A stretch of 64,000 bases of DNA from Campylobacterota bacterium. GTDB taxonomy: Bacteria > Campylobacterota > Campylobacteria > Campylobacterales > Arcobacteraceae. A program made the translations under genes and the position numbers. The notes below the pieces were generated by a model. That model was not told where the DNA came from. It saw only the letters and a list, made by a program, of their open reading frames with translations, and made no database searches. Shown piece after piece: positions 9,843 through 18,897 of the stretch (positions within the stretch are counted from its first letter, which is position 1; every line of letters starts with the position of its first letter). The stretch lies in contig JAYEJC010000113.1 of the NCBI GenBank assembly GCA_034660335.1, positions 13,731 through 77,730 on the forward strand, given 5' to 3'.

Positions 9843-11117
9843 TTAATAAGTTGATTTTGTATATATTACAAAATTTTGTGCTAACTCTTCAAGCTCTTTT
9901 TTTACTGTTGTTTGAAGTTCAGTATTATTTATATCATCTAATACATCTGCAATTTTACCAGCTATTAGCTCAAACTCTTTCTCTTTCATACCTCGTGCAG
10001 TTAATGCTGGAGATCCTATTCTGATACCTGAAGTAACAAATGGACTTCGTGTCTCACCTGGAACTGTATTTTTGTTTATAGTGATACCTGCATTTCCTAA
10101 AGCTGCATCTGCATCTTTTCCTGAAAAATCTTTATTTAAAAAGCTTACAAGAACTAGGTGATTATCTGTACCATCAGATACTAAGTCATATCCTCTTTTT
10201 ACTAATACTTCACCTAATACTTTTGCATTTGCTTTTACTTGTTTTGCGTATACTTTCCATTGTGGTTTTAATATCTCACCAAATGCTACTGCTTTTCCAG
10301 CGATTACATGAACTAAAGGTCCACCTTGAAGACCTGGAAAAATAGCAGAGTTTACTTTTTTTGCTATATCTTCATCACTAGTCAAAATCATACCACCTCT
10401 TGGTCCTCTTAGAGTTTTGTGTGTAGTAGTAGTAACAACATCAGCATAAGGGAAAGGACTCATATGTTCACCAGCGGCAACAAGACCTGCAATATGTGCA
10501 ATATCTGCAAATAAAATAGCACCACAAGCATCCGCAATCTCTCTAAACTTAGCAAAATCAATCTCTCTTGCGTAGGCACTTGCACCACAAACTATAATCT
10601 TAGGTTGAGTTATCATAGCTATATCCATAACTCTATCGTAGTTGATTCTTCCATCTAGTTCTACACCATAATAAAATGCATGGTAATTTTTACCAGAAAA
10701 TGATGGCTTAGAACCATGAGTAAGATGTCCACCATGACTTAAATCCATACCAAGTATCTTATCACCAGCTTTTAAAAGTGCCGCATAAACTGCCCCATTT
10801 GCTTGAGAACCTGAGTGTGGTTGTACATTTGCATAAGAACATCCAAATATCTCACAAGCTCTATCAATAGCTAGTTGCTCTACTTGATCTGCAAATTCAC
10901 ATCCACCATAGTATCTTTTATAAGGGTACCCTTCTGCGTATTTATTTGTAAATACTGAACCCATAGCTTCCATAACTGCTGGTGATGTAAAGTTTTCAGA
11001 TGCTATCATCTCTAAGTGATTTGTTTGTCTTTCCAACTCACTTTCAATCATTCCAAATACTTCAGAATCTGCAACTTCTAATCTATCTTCACTTATAAAA
11101 TCTCTATTTTCTACCAT
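9843..11117 (-). CDS. glyA: serine hydroxymethyltransferase
   Basis: Strong SHMT signatures are present: [23 protein letters not shown] and the PLP-lysine motif [14 protein letters not shown]. Confidence 0.95.
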   Translation of the reverse strand: MVENRDFISEDRLEVADSEVFGMIESELERQTNHLEMIASENFTSPAVMEAMGSVFTNKYAEGYPYKRYYGGCEFADQVEQLAIDRACEIFGCSYANVQPHSGSQANGAVYAALLKAGDKILGMDLSHGGHLTHGSKPSFSGKNYHAFYYGVELDGRINYDRVMDIAMITQPKIIVCGASAYAREIDFAKFREIADACGAILFADIAHIAGLVAAGEHMSPFPYADVVTTTTHKTLRGPRGGMILTSDEDIAKKVNSAIFPGLQGGPLVHVIAGKAVAFGEILKPQWKVYAKQVKANAKVLGEVLVKRGYDLVSDGTDNHLVLVSFLNKDFSGKDADAALGNAGITINKNTVPGETRSPFVTSGIRIGSPALTARGMKEKEFELIAGKIADVLDDINNTELQTTVKKELEELAQNFVIYTKSTY

Positions 11118-11221
11118 TTCTTTCCCTTTAATCGTTTATTATAATTGTGATTATATCTAAATTTTATTAAATTAAATAAATGAGTGAAAAATTATAATCT
11201 GATTTTAATTCAATCCTCTAA

Positions 11222-11309
11222 TAAGTTTTATTTAAGATTAAAGGAAATAGCACTGGTAATTAACTACTTTTTATCTATTTTTCAGCTTAAATTTTATCTT
11301 AAATTAGAT
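11222..11309 (+). repeat. short (about 88 bp) derivative of the 163-bp MITE-like family
   Basis: TAAGTTTTATTTAAGATTAAAGGA...ATAGCACTGGTAATTAACTACTTTTTA matches copy 18645-18807, except that the internal CACGACGCAGTCTTGCTTTACTCCA block is deleted. The right end is degenerate. Confidence 0.6.
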
Positions 11310-11342
11310 ATACTTCCAAAAATATTAACTAAGGTAGCATAA

Positions 11343-12614
11343 ATGGCACTACAAGAAGAAGAGATTTTAGAATATCACCTAGGTGGTAAAATAGGTACAG
11401 ATATAAAAAAAGATTGTGATACTCAAAAAGATTTATCAATAGCATATACACCAGGTGTAGCAGTACCATGTAAAATGATTGAAAAAGACCCACAATTAGC
11501 TTATAAATATACAGCAAAAGGTAACACAGTAGCAGTTATAAGTGATGGAACAGCAGTATTAGGTCTAGGGGATATCGGTCCTTTGGGTTCAAAGCCTGTA
11601 ATGGAAGGTAAAGTTGTTTTATTTAAAAAGTTCGCAAATGTAGATGGTGTAGATATAGAACTAGATGAGAAAGATCCATCAAAAATCATAGATATTTGTG
11701 CAGCTATTAGTCCTAGCTTTGGAGGAATAAATCTTGAAGATATCAAAGCACCAAAATGTTTTGAGATAGAAAAAGAGCTTCAAAAAAGGGTAAATATTCC
11801 TGTTATGCATGATGATCAACACGGTACTGCTATCATTACAACTGCTGCTTTGATAAATGCTGTTGAGTTAGTATCTAAAGATATAAAAACAATGAAAATA
11901 GTAATAAGTGGAGCTGGAGCTGCTGCTATGACTTGTGCAAAAATGTACAAAGCAAGAGGTGCAAAAAACATCTTAATGGTAGATAGCAAAGGTGTTATAA
12001 ATCATAAAAGAGATGATCTAAATGAATATAAAAAAGAGTTTATTATAAATACAGAAGATGAAACACTACAAGAAGCATTAGTAGATGCTGATATGCTACT
12101 TGGATTAAGTGTAGCCAAAACTGTATCAAAAGATATGGTAGCATCAATGGCACCAAATCCAATAATACTTGTACTTGCAAACCCTACTCCTGAAATATTA
12201 CCAGAAGAGATACTAGAAGTAAGAGATGATGCTATTATAGGAACAGGAAGAAGTGACTACCCAAATCAAGTAAACAATGTACTTGGTTTCCCTTTTATTT
12301 TTAGAGGTGCATTAGATGTACAAGCAAAAAAAATAACAGAAGGTATGAAAATGGCAGCAGCTGTTGCATTAGCAAAACTTGCAAAACAACCAATACCATA
12401 CTATGTAAAAGCTGCATATGATGATCAAAATTTAGAATATGGTGTAAATCATATAATACCAAAGCCATTTAATAAAGAGGCACTTGTATGGGTAGCATCA
12501 GCTGTTGCTCAAGCTGCTATTGATGATGGGGTATCAGATATGAAAGATTTTGATATTGAAGCGTATCAAAAAGAGTTAAGAGATATGGCTTATATTGAAA
12601 ATGATGAAAAATAA
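11343..12614 (+). CDS. NAD(P)-dependent malic enzyme (short form without PTA domain)
   Basis: It carries [34 protein letters not shown] and the Rossmann motif ISGAGAAA. Length is 423 aa. Confidence 0.9.
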   Translation: MALQEEEILEYHLGGKIGTDIKKDCDTQKDLSIAYTPGVAVPCKMIEKDPQLAYKYTAKGNTVAVISDGTAVLGLGDIGPLGSKPVMEGKVVLFKKFANVDGVDIELDEKDPSKIIDICAAISPSFGGINLEDIKAPKCFEIEKELQKRVNIPVMHDDQHGTAIITTAALINAVELVSKDIKTMKIVISGAGAAAMTCAKMYKARGAKNILMVDSKGVINHKRDDLNEYKKEFIINTEDETLQEALVDADMLLGLSVAKTVSKDMVASMAPNPIILVLANPTPEILPEEILEVRDDAIIGTGRSDYPNQVNNVLGFPFIFRGALDVQAKKITEGMKMAAAVALAKLAKQPIPYYVKAAYDDQNLEYGVNHIIPKPFNKEALVWVASAVAQAAIDDGVSDMKDFDIEAYQKELRDMAYIENDEK

Positions 12615-12644
12615 TTAATATCAAATAAAAAATTAAATCAAAAC

Positions 12645-12671
12645 TAAAAAACCACAACACCTGTTGTGGTT
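12645..12671 (-). terminator. rho-independent terminator for the histidine kinase gene; possibly bidirectional
   Basis: The stem AACCACAAC/GTTGTGGTT has an ACCT loop. On the minus strand it is followed by TTTTTAGTTTT. Confidence 0.5.
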
Positions 12672-12685
12672 AATATAATCGACTA

Positions 12686-12719
12686 ATAAGTAGTACCAAA
12701 TAATAAAACATAAGTTAGG
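12686..12719. repeat. solo copy of the 34-bp terminal repeat of the 2078-2331 element
   Basis: ATAAGTAGTACCAAATAATAAAACATAAGTTAGG differs by 1 nt from the reverse complement of 2298-2331. Its last 5 nt supply the stop codon of the kinase gene. Confidence 0.65.
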
Positions 12720-14559
12720 CAAGTGGCAGTGTTATTGTGAACTTTGCTCCATTTTTAGTATTTTCTACATTTAGTTTTCCACCTAGACTCTCTTTTACTA
12801 TCTTGCTACTCATATAAAGTCCTAGTCCTGTACCATGTGTTTTTGTTTTTGTTGTATAATACTCATTAAAAATATTAGGCAAAACAACATCAGGTATACC
12901 ACCACCATTATCTTCAATAGAAACTTTTATATTATCAACATCCTCTTGTAAATCTATTTTAATCCATCTATTATCGATATTATTCTCTACTAAAATATCT
13001 TTTGCATTATTTACAATATTTATAATAACCTGCTCTAGCTCACCTACTACCATAGATATTTTAGTATCTTTACTATAATCAATATTATCATAAATCTTTA
13101 TTTGGTAGTTTTTTAATGTAGCGTTCGTTAATAAAAAAGCTTTTTTAATACTATCTTGCAAAATAAGCTCTTTGAACTCTTTTTTCTCTTTTAAAAAGTT
13201 TCTAAATGTATCAATAGTATCAGATAGATAGTTTGCATTATCAACTATATGGTTCATTTTTCCTACTAGCTCATCCTCTTTGAACATATCATACTCTTTT
13301 TGAACCGATATACCAGAAGCTGTCGTTGTGATAACAGAAAGTGGCTGTCTCCACTGATGAGCAATATTTCCAATCATCTCACCCATTTGTACCATTTTTG
13401 CTTGATCATAAAGAAGTTTGTCTTTTAAGCTATTTTCCTTTTCTAGCTGTTTTGTTAGCTCCATTATTTTTGTTACATCGTTTAAAAACAACTTAATTAT
13501 TTTGTCATCAGTCATAGTACCATAGTGACCTTTTATCTGATAATATCTACCCTGTATCTCTATAGTTTCATATAAAATATATGTAGACAACAACTTATCA
13601 AATAGTTTTTCCCACACATCTTTTGATATAAGTTTTGTTATATTATCATCCAAACGGATATTAAAATTTGCTTTTGTTGTACTATTTGTCCAAAATATCA
13701 CCTGCTCTTGCCCTATATCTATCAACTCAATTACATATTCAGATAGTGCATTAAAAGTATCTCTAGTATCAACAAACTTAGTCTCTAATAGTTTTGTGTA
13801 GTTTCCTCTAATGATACTAGCTATATCTTTGGATGAAAGGGTACAATAATAATCATCCCTAGTATTATAAACAACAACTTTTCTAACCTTATTTTTGTGC
13901 ATAAGTGATATCATATCTTCAGCAGTTTTATACTCTTCTATTTGAATAATAGGTGCATGCATAAAATATTTAATTAATTCATTTTGGTTTATATTTTTTT
14001 GTGCAAGTTTAATAATATCGCTTTCAGATATTATACCCACTGCTTTCTCATCTTGTGTTACTAATAAAGATGTTAGTTTGTTTGCAGTCATCATATCTAG
14101 TGCATATTTTAGTGTGCTATTTTCATTTATTAATACTGCTTTATTTCCTGAGTTTGTTAGCTCATGAAGCTTTAGATCTTTTTCGTGAATTTTTTCTTCT
14201 AAAGAGTATATTAAATCTTCTTGCTCTACACAACCTAGATAGTTATCTTCTTGATTTATAACTAATATTTTTCTTATGTTATTGCTTAACATCATACTTA
14301 ATGCATATTGTACCATTCTTGTATGATGAAGAGTAATAATATCTATAGTTGCATGAGTTATAGCCAATGCGTTAAAATCTATTTTTTTACTAAAAAATCT
14401 AACCACATCTCTTTCAGTTATCATACCAATTGGTTTATTGTCTTCAATTATTACTACATGGTGAAGTCTATCATTTGACATCTTATCAATCACCTCTTGC
14501 AAGGTTGCTTGATTTGTAACAGTATCATTGGTTTGTTGTATAAAGTCTTTTAAAAACAT
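12715..14559 (-). CDS. sensor histidine kinase with tandem N-terminal CBS domains
   Basis: About four CBS-like repeats are followed by a PAS-like region and the H-box NIAHQWRQPLS. HATPase motifs are NNAKD, DNGGGI and GTGLGLYMS. No adjacent response regulator is present. Confidence 0.85.
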   Translation of the reverse strand: MFLKDFIQQTNDTVTNQATLQEVIDKMSNDRLHHVVIIEDNKPIGMITERDVVRFFSKKIDFNALAITHATIDIITLHHTRMVQYALSMMLSNNIRKILVINQEDNYLGCVEQEDLIYSLEEKIHEKDLKLHELTNSGNKAVLINENSTLKYALDMMTANKLTSLLVTQDEKAVGIISESDIIKLAQKNINQNELIKYFMHAPIIQIEEYKTAEDMISLMHKNKVRKVVVYNTRDDYYCTLSSKDIASIIRGNYTKLLETKFVDTRDTFNALSEYVIELIDIGQEQVIFWTNSTTKANFNIRLDDNITKLISKDVWEKLFDKLLSTYILYETIEIQGRYYQIKGHYGTMTDDKIIKLFLNDVTKIMELTKQLEKENSLKDKLLYDQAKMVQMGEMIGNIAHQWRQPLSVITTTASGISVQKEYDMFKEDELVGKMNHIVDNANYLSDTIDTFRNFLKEKKEFKELILQDSIKKAFLLTNATLKNYQIKIYDNIDYSKDTKISMVVGELEQVIINIVNNAKDILVENNIDNRWIKIDLQEDVDNIKVSIEDNGGGIPDVVLPNIFNEYYTTKTKTHGTGLGLYMSSKIVKESLGGKLNVENTKNGAKFTITLPLA

Positions 14560-14659
14560 AACTTGTATTCTATATTTAATTAACTATCAATAAGCTTATT
14601 TAAGGATAAAATTAATAAAAATATAAGTTTTTTGATATAAAAATAGTTAAATCCATTAT

Positions 14660-14822
14660 TAAGTTTTATTTAAGATTAAGAAAGAAATTACGCGTGATTT
14701 GAAGAACTATAACAATATATTGACTAATGTTTATTTAGAAAATAGATAAAAAGTAGTTAATTACCAATGCTATTGGAGTAAAGCAAGACTGCGTCGTGTC
14801 CTTTAATCTTAATTAAAACTTA
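14660..14822 (-). mobile_element. 163-bp MITE-like element, full copy A (inverted relative to copy B)
   Basis: About 90% identical to the reverse complement of 18645-18807. Termini are TAAGTTTTATTTAAGATTAAG ... CTTTAATCTTAATTAAAACTTA, with a GC-richer core GGAGTAAAGCAAGACTGCGTCGTGTCC. Confidence 0.75.
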
Positions 14823-14849
14823 ACAAAGAATTATACTAATATAAATCTT

Positions 14850-15938
14850 CTAAAAACTATACTTTAGTTTTAGATAAGTAAACTTATCTACAAGTTTTTG
14901 CCCATATTCACTACTACTATTGCCGATATAGTCCCCATAAGATAAATCTATCTCAAGATTTTTGATCTTTGAGTACACAAAGCCTAGATTATTTTGATGT
15001 GAGTTGTCATCAATATTTAAAATATTTTTATAGTATATATTGAAGTATAATATCTCACAAGGCTCTTTTTTTGTAAAATTATTTATAAAATATCTATTAT
15101 CATAAAATGGTGTTTTTTTAGTTTGTTGTTTATTTTGATAATAGTATTCACTAAGTATAGTTAGCTCACTACTTGTAAGATACTTTAATCCAAAAAGATA
15201 AGAGTGATAATGATCGTCATTTGCCCCATACTCCCCATGTATTTCGAAGTTTGTTTCTATATTTGTAGAGAAGTCTACTCCATAGCTGTTTTGTACCTCA
15301 TCACTATAAACATACACTAAGTCTATATCAATATCTTTGTATAGTATATAACTTTTTAGTGCTAGTATATTTGAATTTTCATCATATAGTTCATCATTTA
15401 GCTCTTTTGTAGTTCTTAGATATATTATATCTATGCTAGAGTTTTTTATATCACCTTTATATACTTTGTTGTACTTATAGTTTAGTAGAGTATACCCTTG
15501 TCTACTTGCTTCTGGGTTGTTTGGGTCTTTTCTCTTATCTATAAAAGCTATAGGATTTACAAAGTATCCTTTTCCCCACTTTGGTGTTTTTTTACCTATG
15601 TTTAGTTGATGATTGTCATTGTACTTGTAGTTTATATAAGCTTGATTTAGATTGTAGTTTGAGTCTTCACTCTTATCTATATTTTCATAGTTTGCTAAAA
15701 AGTCACCATAAAAAGTATACTTATCTTGAAAATATTTATAATTTAGATAAAACTCCCCTAGATAAGTCTCTTGGAAAGTTTTATTTAGTATTTGGTGTTT
15801 GTGTTCTGTTTTTATATAACTACTATACTCATATGACTTAGTCTCTATCTCTTCTAACTCATCAAAACTAAACTCATAATCACTAGCTACTACAGATGAT
15901 ACAAAAACAAAAGGATAAACTACTACTTTTCTAAGCAT
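14850..15938 (-). CDS. hypothetical outer-membrane beta-barrel protein (last gene of the ABC operon)
   Basis: It has an N-terminal signal peptide, an alternating Tyr/Asn-rich beta-strand pattern and a C-terminal YSF. A 3-nt gap separates it from the upstream gene. Confidence 0.5.
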   Translation of the reverse strand: MLRKVVVYPFVFVSSVVASDYEFSFDELEEIETKSYEYSSYIKTEHKHQILNKTFQETYLGEFYLNYKYFQDKYTFYGDFLANYENIDKSEDSNYNLNQAYINYKYNDNHQLNIGKKTPKWGKGYFVNPIAFIDKRKDPNNPEASRQGYTLLNYKYNKVYKGDIKNSSIDIIYLRTTKELNDELYDENSNILALKSYILYKDIDIDLVYVYSDEVQNSYGVDFSTNIETNFEIHGEYGANDDHYHSYLFGLKYLTSSELTILSEYYYQNKQQTKKTPFYDNRYFINNFTKKEPCEILYFNIYYKNILNIDDNSHQNNLGFVYSKIKNLEIDLSYGDYIGNSSSEYGQKLVDKFTYLKLKYSF

Positions 15939-15941
15939 ATC

Positions 15942-16655
15942 TTATCTTCGTAAATCTTCAACTTTTGATAAACTCTCTAAAGTAAATGACTCATCACTAA
16001 ACTCTTTTTTTGTTATCTTACCATACACCATAATAGACTTATAGCCTTTATAAAGTGGAGATTTTGTTTCCATAACAGCAGGTCTTACTATACCATCTCC
16101 AAAATCTTTGATATCTTTGTAGTATATAGTCTTTATAAGCATACCTGTTGAGCTATAACACTCTATTTGTTTTGGTGTAGTTGTTTTTTTATCTACACTC
16201 ATCACTAGTTTATCATATGCAACTGTATCTGTTTTTGCTTTTGTATGTAGTACTATCTCATCGCCATTATCTTTTTGTGATACTATCTCATACTCAGTAG
16301 AAAAATCTAGTCTCATAATATCAGAGTTGTTAAAAACACCACCTACTACACTTTGCATAGATGTGATTCGTATAGCACGACCTACTTCAGGTAGATATAG
16401 CCACATATTATCCCCTACTCTTAGAGTAGTTCTACCTTTTTCTGACTCTGGTTTTAAAAAAGCCGATACCATCTTATCGTTGCCTTTTCTTGCTTGATAA
16501 AGCAAAAACTCTTTTTTTGTTCCATCTGGTTCTATGTTTATAAGTTTTTTATAGCTTTGGCTACTTCCTGGGCTTAGTTTTTTATCTATTTGTAGAAGTA
16601 GATTATCAGCAAACAATACACCTACAAGAGACAAACTCAATAATATCTTTTTCAT
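15942..16655 (-). CDS. LolA-like outer membrane lipoprotein-sorting protein
   Basis: A signal peptide is followed by the LolA_like family pattern KGRTTLRVGDNMWLYLPEVGRAIRI...GGVFNNSDI. Confidence 0.7.
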   Translation of the reverse strand: MKKILLSLSLVGVLFADNLLLQIDKKLSPGSSQSYKKLINIEPDGTKKEFLLYQARKGNDKMVSAFLKPESEKGRTTLRVGDNMWLYLPEVGRAIRITSMQSVVGGVFNNSDIMRLDFSTEYEIVSQKDNGDEIVLHTKAKTDTVAYDKLVMSVDKKTTTPKQIECYSSTGMLIKTIYYKDIKDFGDGIVRPAVMETKSPLYKGYKSIMVYGKITKKEFSDESFTLESLSKVEDLRR

Positions 16656-16663
16656 AACTCTCC

Positions 16664-17899
16664 TTAATTTGTTCGAAGTGCTTCAACTGGGTCTAGTTTT
16701 GAAGCTTTTATTGCAGGGCTAATTGATGCTATCAATGATATAACAACTACAATAACTCCAACTATAGCTATATCACTAAAAGCCAATATAGGATTAAGTA
16801 CCAAATCACTTTGCCTTCCAAAACTATATGTTATTTGCATCATATCTAAACCTTGTATAATAAGTATAGATATCACGCCACCAAGAACCGCCCCTAAAAC
16901 TCCTAGAAAAAAACCTTCTGCTAAAAACAACTTCACAATAGTCCTAGGTGGTGTTCCCATAGCCGCTATTGTACCTATCTCTTTTATCCTCTCATATACA
17001 CTCATAATCATCACATTTAAAATAGAGATAAGAACTATAGAGATAAGTATGATTTGTATTGCTAGATTCATTATATCCAACATTTTGACTATATTGTAAA
17101 ATGGACTTAGTTTTTTCCAGGTATGTATCTCAAATGCAGGTTTGTCATTTTTATTTAGTTTTGCAAGAATTGGACTCAACTCTTTCATAGCTTTTTCAAG
17201 ATTATTTATATCTTTTAGTTTTACAACTATCTCACTTACCTCAACACCTTTTATCCTTAATACTTTTTTTGCATCCTCCATAGTGATATATCCATCTCTT
17301 CCCCCTGGTCCTGATATCCTTTCTACTAGTGCTGCTACTTTTAGGTTTATACCATTTACACTACCTTTTTTATTGTTTGCTACTAGTACTACTGTATCAT
17401 CTTTTTTTATTTTCATACCTTTTGCTATAAGCTCAGGGACTATTATAGTTCCTTTTTTTAGTTCATCAAAATCTATAAGCCTACTTTGTAGTGCTGGTAG
17501 TGTCTCAAACTCTTTTGTTGGGTCTATTGCATTTAGTCTTATATTTGTTGTTGTTACAAAGTTTGAAAATGCTGCTCCAAATTTGATTCTATATGAGTAG
17601 CTTTGGATATATTTGCTATCATTTAAAAACTCTTCTAAGTACTCTATAGATTTTGCATTTAGGTTTTTATCTAGTGGTAGATTTTCTACTGAAGCTACAA
17701 ACCCTTTTTTGTGTATCTGTATATGCCCCATAGATGAGTCGGTGATCTGTCCTATCATATATGTTTTGAAGCTTCCTGCAAGTGCTGTATAGACCAATAC
17801 AAACACGACACCTAGTGTGATTAAACTAGCTGTTAAAAATGTCCTTCTATAGTTTCTTTTGAGGTTTCTATATGCTATTTTTAGTATATTGTTCATCAT
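16664..17899 (-). CDS. ABC transporter permease, FtsX/MacB-type
   Basis: It has an N-terminal TM segment, a large periplasmic domain and three C-terminal TM segments in the FtsX-like topology. The start overlaps the ATPase gene stop by 4 nt. Confidence 0.85.
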   Translation of the reverse strand: MMNNILKIAYRNLKRNYRRTFLTASLITLGVVFVLVYTALAGSFKTYMIGQITDSSMGHIQIHKKGFVASVENLPLDKNLNAKSIEYLEEFLNDSKYIQSYSYRIKFGAAFSNFVTTTNIRLNAIDPTKEFETLPALQSRLIDFDELKKGTIIVPELIAKGMKIKKDDTVVLVANNKKGSVNGINLKVAALVERISGPGGRDGYITMEDAKKVLRIKGVEVSEIVVKLKDINNLEKAMKELSPILAKLNKNDKPAFEIHTWKKLSPFYNIVKMLDIMNLAIQIILISIVLISILNVMIMSVYERIKEIGTIAAMGTPPRTIVKLFLAEGFFLGVLGAVLGGVISILIIQGLDMMQITYSFGRQSDLVLNPILAFSDIAIVGVIVVVISLIASISPAIKASKLDPVEALRTN

Positions 17900-18591
17900 A
17901 TTGCCTTATTGTTTGTATATATATCTTCTACGATATCTCCATCAACTAGTGTGATAAGTCTATCTACATTTGATACTATTTTTTCATCATGTGTTGCAAA
18001 TACAAAAGTGGTGTTGTACTCTTTTTGTATATTTTTCATAAGCTCTATTATCATATGTGCTGTTTTGCTATCTAGGTTTGCTGTTGGTTCATCTGCAAAA
18101 ACTATTTTTGGATTTGTTACCAAAGCTCTTGCTATTGCGACACGCTGCATCTGTCCACCTGAGATTTGATCTGGTGTTTTGTCTTTTTGTTCTAGCATAC
18201 CTACATCTTCAAGGAGTCTTAGTACTCTCTCTTTTCTATCTTCTTCTTTAAGATTTTGTATCATTATTAGTGGATATTCGATATTTTCATATACTGTTAA
18301 TACAGGGATAAGATTGAAGCTTTGGAAAATAAAACCGATATACTCACCTCTAAAATTAGCTAGTTGGGTTTTGTTTAGATTTTTTATATCTTGATTGTTT
18401 ATTTTAAGAGTACCGCTATTTGGTGTATCTAAACAACCAAGCATATTAAGTACAGTACTCTTACCACTACCACTAGGACCTATAAAAGATACAAATTCAC
18501 CCGCATCTATATAAAGTGAAAAATCCTCAATCACAGTCAAATCCAACTCACCTACTTTATAAACTTTTTTTATATTTTTAGCTTCTATCAT
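17896..18591 (-). CDS. ABC transporter ATP-binding protein (MacB/LolD-like)
   Basis: Walker A is GPSGSGKST, the signature is ISGGQMQRV and Walker B is VFADEPT. Confidence 0.9.
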   Translation of the reverse strand: MIEAKNIKKVYKVGELDLTVIEDFSLYIDAGEFVSFIGPSGSGKSTVLNMLGCLDTPNSGTLKINNQDIKNLNKTQLANFRGEYIGFIFQSFNLIPVLTVYENIEYPLIMIQNLKEEDRKERVLRLLEDVGMLEQKDKTPDQISGGQMQRVAIARALVTNPKIVFADEPTANLDSKTAHMIIELMKNIQKEYNTTFVFATHDEKIVSNVDRLITLVDGDIVEDIYTNNKAI

Positions 18592-18644
18592 ATCTATCCC
18601 TTCAGAACATTTGTTTGAAATTATACTCTAGTATAATCATCTAA

Positions 18645-18807
18645 TAAGTTTTATTTAAGATTAAAGGACACGACGCAGTCTTGCTTTACTCCAATAGCAC
18701 TGGTAATTAACTACTTTTTACTTATTTTCAAAATAAAAATTAGTCAATATATTGTTATATCTTTTCAAATCACGCGTAATTTCTTTCTTAATCTTAATTA
18801 AAACTTA
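18645..18807 (+). mobile_element. 163-bp MITE-like element, full copy B
   Basis: The termini TAAGTTTTATTTAAGATTAAAGGA ... TTTCTTAATCTTAATTAAAACTTA form about 22-bp terminal inverted repeats. It lies in the divergent promoter region between the ABC operon and the helicase gene. Confidence 0.75.
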
Positions 18808-18897
18808 ATAGAAGATTTAGCTAATTATACTCTTACTAATATTTGATTATTATAAAGAAATAGATATAATGCACCACCAATACTAGGATATAAACAT

